DNA from: Octopus sinensis
Lineage: Eukaryota
Length of the DNA: 64,000 nt
NCBI RefSeq assembly: GCF_006345805.1
Contig: NC_043009.1
Coordinates: forward strand, 57,660,001 to 57,724,000
Direction of reading: 5' to 3'
Shown here one piece after another: positions 42,201 through 54,243 of the stretch; position 1 is the stretch's first letter; each line of letters begins with the position of its first letter. A model generated the notes under the pieces. It made no database searches, was not told the DNA's origin, and saw only the letters and a program-made list of their open reading frames with translations. The translations under genes were made by a program, and so were the position numbers.

Positions 42201-43189
42201 GAGTAGAAAAGAATCCTCATTTTGTCTAACTTCTTAAATGTCTGCCATTTGGTTTTGGCATTTAGCTCGGTGTTTGCGATTTGTTTTTCTGGTCGAGTCG
42301 GATGTATATATTTGTTGTTAGTATTTGAAAGGTAACAGAAAGATTTGTAGAATTAGGTCCTTTGGTGTCGGTACCAGGGGCCGAGTTGGTGATGCTGAAT
42401 GTGTAGAATGTATCAATTTCGTAATCGGATTGGTCATTTAAATATTCTGCTTGGTGTCAAAATCTTCTTAGCATTGATGCTGATGATGCTGATGATGATG
42501 CTGATGTTGACAATCTGATATTGAGTTAGATCGATCGCCATCGTGTTCTTTCGTCGTCACCGTTGTCATCATCGTCATGATCTTCTTCGTAGTATTAGTC
42601 GCCGGTTCCATCCTAACCGTCATCATCGTCGTCGTAGTGTGTCGTTGTCATCGTTGTCATCGTTGATGCACTGTCCTCCTGCCCCTTTCGTCTTCCTCAC
42701 CTTAATCTGCTACATCTACCTTCCTCTTCCTTCATCCTACTTCCCTTTTCCACTCCTCCTATTTCCCCTCCTTCACTCCTCCTCTTCCTGTCGTCCTCCA
42801 CTTCCTCTCGTACTCCTCTTCCTCACCTTCTTCGTCACCTTCTCTTCCCAATCTCTTTTTCCCCCTTTTTCCAGCTTACTCCTCCCAAGCCTCTTTCTCA
42901 CCTCCCCCTCCCTCCCTCTTTCCTTTTCCCCACCACATTCCTCCACGTCCATCACAACCAACCCCCGCCTCACACTTCCTCACTCCCCTCCTAATCCCAA
43001 CCTCCGCCCCTCCCCCTCTTCCCCCACATCATCATCATCATCGTCATCGTCATCAAGTATCGTCCACTCTCGCATGGATCGTCATCTTAGTCTTTCTTTC
43101 ACGGTTACTATCCACAATATACATTTCGGTGTATTTTAACGTCAGTCTGTCCAATTTTTAATATTATCCATTCACAAACAACTCTCGTT

Positions 43190-43340
43190 CTTTTTCTTTC
43201 CCCCTTTCTCTTTCCATTCATTTTTACCTTCTATTAACCGTCTCCGCAAACCATTTTTTCTAATTAAGTGTCCAAAATATCTTAGTTTCTCTCTCTTTGA
43301 TGCTGTCTAATAAAATTCTCTCAGATTCGTCACTAAGACT
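43190..43340 (-). pseudogene. RTE-type LINE C-terminal fragment
   Basis: Minus strand KLRYFGHLIRKNGLRRRLIEGK. Confidence 0.65.
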
Positions 43341-43644
43341 GTTATAACTAATACAGTTTCGACTTGCTTCACACATCTACACATTTCCATGATACCTTCT
43401 GGTGAATTCGTTAATTTTCTTTTCTGCTTGTCTCTTCGTTCTGTCATAAAAGACTGGAATATATTTTGCTGTTGATATCAGAACTCTGTTTCTTTGTAGT
43501 GATAGAATAATTGATACGAGTGTTTTAACACCATATTCTTCTCACTGATAGACTGGAGACATGTTAGTAACTAGACATATTTAGGAGATAAGGAATGATT
43601 GAGTAATGTCTGTGAGTTCTGTTGCGTTTCGGCGGTTTAGTGAA

Positions 43645-43880
43645 GGCGCGTGGCTTAGTGGTTAGGTTTTGCGGCTCATAATCGTAAGGTCCTGAGTTCG
43701 ATTCCTTGTGCAAGACATTTTATTTCATGCTGCTTCTGCCCACTCATCTGGCAAAAAAGGAGTGGTACTTGTATTTCAAAGGGGCCAGCATTGTTACGTT
43801 CTGTGTCTCGCTGTATGTCCCTGGAAATTACGTTTGCACTTTAGTTTCACGAGATGGCTGTTTGGTTGATCGGACCAGCT
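43645..43880 (+). mobile_element. tRNA-derived SINE (family C-like head)
   Basis: GGCGCGTGGCTTAGTGGTTAGG..GAGTTCGATTCC..GCAAGACATTTTATTTCA. Confidence 0.65.
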
Positions 43881-44546
43881 AGGACCCTTGTCCTCGTGAC
43901 CGACAGCGCACCAGTTTCTGCTGTTTGGTTCTTTCAATGTACACTTTGGGGCGATAAGGTAGCAAACTGGCAGAATCATTAACACGCCGGAAAAACAAAT
44001 GCTTAGAGACGTTCCATACGTCTTTTGGTTCTGAGCTCGAATTCATTTTTTGGATGTCGCTAAAATAGGTACCAGTTAAACACTGGGGTCGATCTAAGCA
44101 TCTTATCCTCTTACCCGTTATTGCTTGCCAAACTTTGAAATTATCATTGCTGTTGTTGTTGTTGTTGTTGTAGTTCTTGTTGCTGCTGCTGCTGCTGTCG
44201 TTCTTATCTTTAGTACACCGGACAAAATGCTTAGCGACATGTCTCCCACCTTTACGTCCTGAGTTCAAATCCCACCGAGGCCCTGCACCAAAATTTGCAA
44301 CCATTATAAGTGGCGGATTGGCAGGACCGTTGACGAGACGAACAAAAGACTTTAGGGTAATTCTTCCGCTGACCTTACGTTCAGAGTTCAAATTTATTTT
44401 TGCTTTTTGTCCTTTCACAGTTTGATAGAATCAAATCCTAGAGTCAATGGACTCGACTAATAATCTCATCAAATCTCAAGAAATGAATTTCTGCTAGAAT
44501 AATTCAGTAATAGCATTGGAATGGTACAAAAGTAATACATAGAAAA

Positions 44547-44577
<31 letters not shown>

Positions 44578-44736
44578 CATACATACATACATACATACAT
44601 ACATACATACATACATACATACATACAAACACATATATGTATACGTACACACACATGCAACTATGTGTGTATATTTGAATATGTATGTATTTATGTGTGC
44701 TTCTCTTCCTCTCTTACTCTCTTGATATATATATAT

Positions 44737-45179
44737 ATACCAGCGATTATAATTATTTTTATTTTATCGCAATTTGATTTGTTTACATATTTCTCGATAA
44801 ATTATGAGCGCTAGGCGATATACCAGAAATCCCTAGTTTTGTCGGGACGTTCGGAGTCTGCGCACTGATATGATTAGTTAGAGAGAGTAAATCATTAGAA
44901 GCACATGCTTCTAGTGAGTTAGGATCTCAGAAAAACAGGGCTCTCACTGACGAATTCTCCCTGAGCACATAAATTATCTTTATTGATGAAAAGAAAGAAA
45001 ATGCAGTTGAGAATAACCGAGTTAGTAAATGTTTTATCTTCATTTCACTTAATTTATCAAGCTTCTGTGTTCCTAGTACATTTTCGCCTTAATGTACTGA
45101 TATATGGAAAATATATGGCTTGTGTTAGTAATACCAGAGATTATAATTATTTTTATTTTATCGCAATTTGATTTGTTTA
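44737..45179 (+). mobile_element. 443-bp element with 49-bp direct terminal repeats, in (TA)n
   Basis: ATACCAG(C/A)GATTATAATTATTTTTATTTTATCGCAATTTGATTTGTTTA at 44737 and 45131. Confidence 0.75.
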
Positions 45180-45930
45180 TATATATATATATATATGTAT
45201 ATGTGTATAGATACATACATACATACATACGTACATATATATATATATATGTATGTATGTATATGTCTTTTACTCTTTTATTTCTTTGAGTCATTTGACT
45301 GTGGCCATACTGGAGCACCGCCTTTGGTCGAGCAAATCGACTCCAAGACATTTCTCTGTAAGTCTAGTATTTAATATATCGGTCTCTTTTGCCGAACCGC
45401 TAAGTTACGGGGACGTAAACACACCAGTATCGGTTGTCAAGCGAGGTTGAGACAAACAGACACATACACAGACAGACAGACATACACACAAACATATATA
45501 CATATATATGACGGGCTTCTTTCAGTTTCCTTCTACCAAATCCACACTCAAAGATTCGGTCGGCCTGAGGCTATAGCAGAAAACAGTTGCCCATGGGACC
45601 AAGCATTGGGACTGAACCCGGAACCATGTGGTTGGTAAGCAAGCTACTTACCACACAGCTACTCCTACATTTACGTATATATATATATATATTTATAATG
45701 CATATATGTATACACATATATATTCACACACACACGCACGCACACACACACACAAACACATATACATATAGATTCGATGTTGTTTAAATATAGTAAAGAA
45801 TAAATGCTTACTAATAAATGTGATCGATGTGATGTCCGATAGATAGCTCAAACCTCCTGGGAGACTGACTCTGACAATACGTACAAGAAGATACACAAAT
45901 ATTACTAACATATACACACATATGACACAC

Positions 45931-45979
<49 letters not shown>

Positions 45980-46687
45980 ATTTATACATATATATATATA
46001 CATATATACATATATATATATATACACATATATATATACACATATATATATATACATATATATACATATATATATATATATATACATATTACATATATAA
46101 TATATCTATACATATATTATTATATATATATATATACTATATATATAATATATAGATATATATTCTATATATATATATTACTAATCTATATCTTTATATA
46201 TATATATATATATCTATATATATATATATTATATATACATAATAAGCACACGTATACATACAAACTTACACGCACCCACTAACACAGACTTGCATTTCTG
46301 CATAAGAGAGTTACCAACAGAAACCCAAATTTTAACAATAGAAAACAATAACGACTAGAAAAACAACAACAACAACAACAACTACAGCAGCAGCAGCAGC
46401 AGCTGCAACAACAACAAGAAGAACAAGAAGAACAAGAACAAGAACAAGAACAACAAGAACAGCAGCAGCAACAACACCATACCAACGACGTTTATTGTTA
46501 CTGTTTAATACATTAGAGAAATTCCTCAAAGGAGCAGTAAATATTTGTCTGATAATCTGTGGACACAATTCCATCTCGTGCTTTCCATCTCTTCCTGGCA
46601 CCGTCACCTCTTTCGACACAATCAGATCAGACAAAGAAATTAGTCGAGAGAAATAGAGAGAGAAAGAGAGGGGAGAGAGAGAGAGTG

Positions 46688-46726
<39 letters not shown>

Positions 46727-46929
46727 GAAAGAGAGAGTCAGCTATAATGGTAGAGGAATTGTTGCCGTTTTATCCTGATATTCTAGCATCAATACTAAAG
46801 ACTGTTCACTGTTCTGATTGGCATGGTTTAATAGTAGTGTTTGAGTTGATGCAATTTCTTGCTAGCAAAGCAGTGATGTCCATTGCTCTCTCTTTCTCTC
46901 TCTCCCTCTACCCCCTCTCTCTCTGTTAC

Positions 46930-47025
<96 letters not shown>

Positions 47026-47317
47026 ATTTCTATGTATGTACGTACGTACGTACGTATGTATGCATGCATGTAAGTATGTATCTGTCTATCTGTTGATCTC
47101 TCTCTATGTATGTATGTATGTATGTATGTATGTATGTATGTATGTATGTATGTATGTATGTATGTATGTATGTATCTATCTATCTATCTATCTATCTATC
47201 TGTCTGTCTGTCTATCTATCTATGCGTGTATGTATTATATACATGCATTTGTCCGTGCATATATATATAGATATATATAAACATACATATATATGTCTCA
47301 TATATATCAATATTTTC

Positions 47318-47350
<33 letters not shown>

Positions 47351-47402
47351 AATGAATGCATATACGTTTATACACTCATAATCAATGTATATTCCCTCTT
47401 CC

Positions 47403-47439
<37 letters not shown>

Positions 47440-48026
47440 CGAGAGAGAGATAGAGAGATTGTAATATAAGTATATATACACACGTGAACATATATACTCA
47501 TACTTATAGACATGCATGGACACACTTACAACATACATGCGCATAAAAATGTGTCGTGTGTGTGTGTATGTGTTAGTGTGTGTGTGTGTGTATGTGTGTG
47601 TGTGTGTGTGTATAATATATATCTATTTATATAACCGACTTTTATTTTCGCCCAAAATCAATCACAAAAACTTTGAGTGTACGCATGCGTGTGTGCCTAT
47701 GTGCACGGAAGCGTGTGTAAGTGTATATGTGTTCTTCGTGAGCGTGTATGCAAGAGCAAATGTGTCTGATGATTCTAATCTGTGTAAACATTATGACTAT
47801 ATACAAGGAATAATTTGCACAATTCTATTAATACGCAAACACATAGACATTCAGAGAAGACTGCATGCACATACATACGCAATCATATAAATATAACGTT
47901 GTTAATGTGTGTTTGTGTATACATGCAAGTATATAAATGCATATACGAAAATGGAGGTATGTCCGTATGTATTTATGTATGTATGCATGTATGTATTATA
48001 TATATATATATATATATAAAGAGAGG

Positions 48027-48065
<39 letters not shown>

Positions 48066-48185
48066 GTATGTGTGTGAATGGGTGTATGCGTTGGTATACA
48101 GACGTACATGTATATTTGTATATAAATATACGTTATACGGGAACATGTATTCCCGAATCTTCGAAGGAGTATCTATATCTATCTT

Positions 48186-48258
<73 letters not shown>

Positions 48259-49626
48259 ATATATGTGTGTATACAGCCACCCACCCACACACATATATAT
48301 ATATATGTGTGTGTGTATACATATATATATATATATGCATACATACACACATATATATATATATATATACATATATATATGTGTAAATATATATATGTGT
48401 GTGCGTGTATGTACGTATGTATATGTATTTTATATATATATATAATATATATGTTCATTTCTATATATGTATAGACATACGCGTGTGTGTTCGCATATGT
48501 GTGCGTGTATGCGTCTGTGTGCATTTGTGTGTGCGTTGAAAACACAGTTGTGCATATGGATGGTCGATATGTGCAGGTTAACCTAATGGGATACATGGAC
48601 TCACAGATCTGCATACACATAAATATACATACGCACACATACAGCGCACAACAAGTATACCACATCATACATACCCCACACCTATACACACACACATAAA
48701 TACACAAAATATTACAACTACACACAACATACACACACTACATAGAATGTGCTTGAGTGAGTGAGTCTCTATTCCCATCCCCCGCACCATCTGTACTACA
48801 TGTGGCTGTTGTGTGTGTGTGGGTGCATATATATGTGTGTCTGTGGTGTGGTCTGGGGTGCATATGTGTGCCTGTGTGTGTGTGTGTGTTGGGGTGCATA
48901 TGGTGTCTGTTTGTGTGTGTGTGTGGGTGCCATGTGCGGTGTGTGTGTGTGTGTGTGTGCATTTAGTCTAATACGCATATAACCCGCGCGTGTGTGAGGG
49001 CATTTCTCTGTATGTAAACCATTAGGTGTGTGCGCATGTATGTGTATATACGTATATATATGTGTGTGTGCGTGTGTGTGTGTGTGTTCAGCGGTGTGTG
49101 CGTGGAAGGAGTAGGTTTTATGCATCCCCCTATAAGCCTATGTCTGTGAACGAGAGTATATATATTCAACGCTGTGTGTATATCAGCAGATGCGCGTATG
49201 TGTGTGTGTGTGTGTATGTGTGTGTGTGTGTGTTTCACGAATTGGTTGCCCCTGTGTGTGTGTGTGTGCATGTGTGTGTCTGTGTGTTTGTCCCTGTCTA
49301 CCAGTAGTTTCATATATTTCATTATGCGTGTGTATGTATAGATATGTGTATATCCATTCTACAATGTATGCGCGTATGAGAATGTTTTTGCCTACAATAA
49401 TAAGGGCGCCTCTGTGTGTGTGTATGTATCTGTATATGTGTTCGTGTATTCTATTATATATATATGTACATGTATTATGTATATGTGTGTGTATGTATGT
49501 GTGTGTTCATGTATTCCACTATATATATATGTACATGTATGTATGTATATGTGTGTGTATGTGTATAGGAATAGTGTGATAGTGAAGATATTTGTATTTG
49601 ATTCTCTTATCACTCACACACACACA

Positions 49627-49665
<39 letters not shown>

Positions 49666-50657
49666 ATATACATTCACTTATGCGCATGCACACATACACA
49701 CGCTCACACACACATATATATGCGCACACACGCACAGATACAAAGACACACAACACACACCTATATATATATGCGCATGTACACACACACAACAAACTCA
49801 CACGCACAAATACATATATTATATAAGCATACACACATACATGCAAACACACAGACTCACATATAGATATATATGCGCTTTCACACACACAGACACAAAC
49901 ACGTACACAGACACATACACAAGCTCGGATGGATGTTATTGTAACATATATGAACTTGCACATACGTCCCCAAACACACATATGCATCTACGCAAATACG
50001 CAAGGTCATGCATACTCATTAAAACGTATATGCATATTAGTTTATATGTGTGTATTTATGTATGTATTTATGTGAGTGTGTGTGTTTCTACGACTGTGTG
50101 TCAGCGTGCATAAATACTCATCTTCTATGTCGTTCACGCATGTGGGTAGGTATGTATACAAAATGTGTACGCGTGCGGTGGTTGTACGGTTATCTATATA
50201 TGTATATATATTTATATCATAACATACCATACATACATGAAATACATACAATACATAATTACACATACCATACATACATACATACACATACATACATACA
50301 TACATAACATAACAATACATACATACAAACATACATTACTACATACATACTACATACTACATACAATACATAAACACATAATACATACCATACATACATA
50401 CATACATACATACATACATACATACATACATAACATACATACACCACCTACATACATATATATACAAGATGTTATGCCAATACAGATGTATATACGCACA
50501 AATTATATTGTGTGTATGTAATATATAGGTATATATAATATATGCAGATATAAAAGTAAATCTGAATATATATACAGATATATATATACATATTTATAGA
50601 TCTATATATACATATACACACGTACATATAAAATATATACACATATACTTTGTTTAC

Positions 50658-50695
<38 letters not shown>

Positions 50696-51376
50696 TATAT
50701 ATATAGATATATATATATATTTATATTATATACATTGTATATCCACATATATATCTATATGTTCATACGTATATGAATGCATGTATATATATATATATGG
50801 GTGTGTTGTGTATGCTGGAGGGGGGGTGGTATACCCGTGTTGCATATCTGTGTGAGTCCATGTACGTGTCTACATCATTGGTTTGTGTTTATGGACGTGA
50901 GACGAGGTTCAATTACGCGTTTATAATGAATGTATGTCTATATAAAATTATGTCCGTACTTAATTATGAGCGTATGTGTGGATATATATGTCTTCGGGAG
51001 TATACGTCTACGCGTCGGTTTATGTAATCACATATAAATGTATGTATAGACGAATGCGTATATGTATATATTCATAGAAGGATATGTATTTCACGCTCTG
51101 TCTCTGTCTATTTGTCTGTCTCTCTGTCTCTGTCTGTCTCTCCCTCCTTGTATATATATATACATGTATGTATATATGTATAAGGTTGAAAAGGAACACA
51201 CGAGTTGATATGTATAAGGAATATATATATATATATATATAATACGCATATATAAATGTAAATCTTAATATGTATACATACATACACACACATATATATA
51301 ATATAGAGAGAGAGATGTATATATACATATATACACATACATAATGTCATGTACACTTATATTGTGTGTATACATA

Positions 51377-51407
<31 letters not shown>

Positions 51408-51526
51408 CATACATACACACACACATATATATATATATTTATATATTTTTTGACTATTTATTAAAATTTAGTATTGATTAAGTCTTTCCTTGTTTGTTTT
51501 GCAAAGTAGTGGTTTTGTCTCGAATA

Positions 51527-51591
<65 letters not shown>

Positions 51592-51920
51592 ATATGTCTG
51601 TCTGTATATGTATGTATGTATGTATGTATGGCTTGCATGTGGGGGTGTAAGAGTGGCTCGTTGTGGGGTTGTGTTTGCTTGTACGTGAAGGTGTGGTGCC
51701 AAACTATGTATTTGGTTTTGCGAGCGTGTAGAATTTCCAGTTGTCAGAAGCGTCCACGAGCGTTCCAATGGCCGGTCACGTGACTACCGACGGAAACTGG
51801 ATATCTGGAGTTGGTGGCGTCTGACGGAACTGCATTGATCGAAATTATCATAACTGGGAGTAGAACAGGCCTAGGGTAATATTGACAGCTACAACAACAA
51901 ATACAACAACGATAACAGCA

Positions 51921-51971
<51 letters not shown>

Positions 51972-52001
51972 GCTGCTGCAGCTGCTGCTGCTACTACTAC
52001 A

Positions 52002-52062
<61 letters not shown>

Positions 52063-52199
52063 TCGATAATAAAAATAATATTAATAATAGATTCTTTGAT
52101 GCAGTCTGTTAGTATTTGCAGCAGTGAAATTGGAAGCGGTTCCGTATTGACAAATGCGGCCATATTTGTTATAAAAAGAAAGAAAGAAAGAAAGAAAGA

Positions 52200-53065
52200 A
52201 AAAAAACGGTAAATTCTTATGGAATCACCCTTCCAGACAACAAGGCAATAAAATCGGTGAAGGAGAGTGAAGGATATAAATATTTTGGTGGTGGTGGTGG
52301 TGGCGGCGGCGGCGGCGGCGGTTGGGAGTGTAAGCGTCGATTTCTTGTGATGGAACTGTTGCTAGTTTTCTGATGAAGGAAGACAGACTAAAAATGTAAG
52401 ACAGACATTTTTGAAGGGAAAAGTTATAAGAGGAGCAACCGGGAAGATTGTAGAAACAATATCATTAAAGGAATGAACACTTGGTCGAAAACCAATATTG
52501 AGATACTCGGCAGCGTTCTTTCATTGGGCAATAACAAAATAATGCTGATAAAAAAATGGTTTGATGCGGTAGAGAAATTGTTAACAATACTTAAACACTG
52601 GGTTAGATCTACGAAGCAGTGTTTGTAAATAGTATGAAGCAATATAAGAAGGAAGCAGTGGGCTACTCAATGTAACAGATACAGTACATTTAGCAATTGT
52701 TGGACTAGAGAGGTGTGTAAGGAAACGTGAGGAGATGGTTTTATGTGTAGCCGGCACGATCAATATTAAGACAGGAGACAGAGAGGAAAGGAAAAAGACA
52801 CAGATTGAAGCAGGGAAAGAAGGATTACAAACGAAATGATAAAGGATACGATGGGATATTGAACGGGAAAGAAGAACAAAACGAATATCACTGAAAAATA
52901 AGTGTTTTATGAACAGTTTGTCAGGATTTGCATGAGAGAAGAGGAACAAACAGTGGCGGGTGTAGCGGAAAGATGGAGGACTAAAGAGGTGGAAAGAGAA
53001 TTCCTGGTCATGGATGCACGAGAATAAGCGATTAGGAGAAATGTTGTTAAAATAGAAATATACAG
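52200..53065 (+). pseudogene. R4/Dong-type non-LTR RT fragment interrupted by (GGT/GGC)n
   Basis: YGITLPDNKAIKSVKESEGYKYFG; IIKGMNTW..LRYSAAFFHW; EFLVMDARE*AIRRNVVKI. Confidence 0.7.
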
Positions 53066-53470
53066 AAAACAATAAGATAGTTGTTGTTGTTCATATTGTT
53101 GTTACTCTTGTAGGATCCAATCAATCCTGATTGAGTAGACCTTTTATGAACAAAGACGTTCTGGCTGTGCCGTGTAGTTTTATATTTTAGAATGCAACTG
53201 GTAATACAAGTTTCCAGTTGTATTACGTCGTTCGGGGTTCAATTCCGATGGCCTTCACCATGCGTGAGTATCTTCTGCCATTATCAATTTTGAACAGAAC
53301 GTTTTGGGTGATATCTGGTAGAGAGAACCAATGAGAAGGGCCGTAATTCGTATCCTGGGAGCTAAATGTAAGCTGATACCAGGGTTAGTATCAACACTTA
53401 CCGGTCCTCATAAGCATCCAAATTATCATAATCGAAATTATCACCACTCCACTACTACTACTACTACTAT

Positions 53471-53511
<41 letters not shown>

Positions 53512-53514
53512 TAT

Positions 53515-53622
<108 letters not shown>

Positions 53623-54207
53623 ATAGATTTACCTTTTACTTGTTCCAGTTATTAGACTGCGGCCATTCTGGGGCACAACCTTGAAGAATTTTTTTTTTAG
53701 CCGAATGAATCGACCACGAATACCTAATTTTGTTAAACCTGGTACTTATTCTATCGGTACCTTTTACCGAATTCCTAGGTTACGAGGATGTAAACACACA
53801 AACACCGGTTGTCAAGCGGTGGTGGACAAATAAAAATAAAAGCACACATACACACATATAGATATACATACATACGTATACATACACACATATATGTGTG
53901 TACACACACGCGCACACACACACACACATATGTATATATATATATACAGAGAGAGAGAGGGGGGATCAAAACAGTTTGATTCAGAATCCTTAGTACTCTC
54001 AGTTTCAAGCGTGTGACTAGTCTTCGGCTATTGGGGTCTGATTGACAGTTCGATTGAAAGGAGTCAATGATTAATAAGGAAGTCATATTATATATATATT
54101 ATATATATATTAATTTAATCCAAAAGGGAAACAAAAAAAACAACAACAACAGGAACAATTACAGTATTATTATAATAGGCGCTCAGGAGATGGAAGCAGG
54201 GAGGAGG

Positions 54208-54243
54208 GTATGACGTTTCGAGCGGAGCTCTTCGTCGGAAACA
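54208..54243 (-). ncRNA. Minimal Penelope-type hammerhead with U4C core change
   Basis: GUUU-CCGACGA-A-GAGC(UCC)GCUC-GAAA-CGUC-AUAC; GUC triplet; stem I has one mismatch. Confidence 0.65.

Noticed and set aside
46332-46634. ORF MSDLIVSKEVTVPGRDGKHEMELC as a host exon
   Set aside because: No recognisable domain, weak splice signals, and the ORF runs into a trinucleotide repeat.
53218-53263. 46-nt AG/GT-bounded exon candidate
   Set aside because: Sequence resembles a decayed SINE A body and is not frame-preserving.
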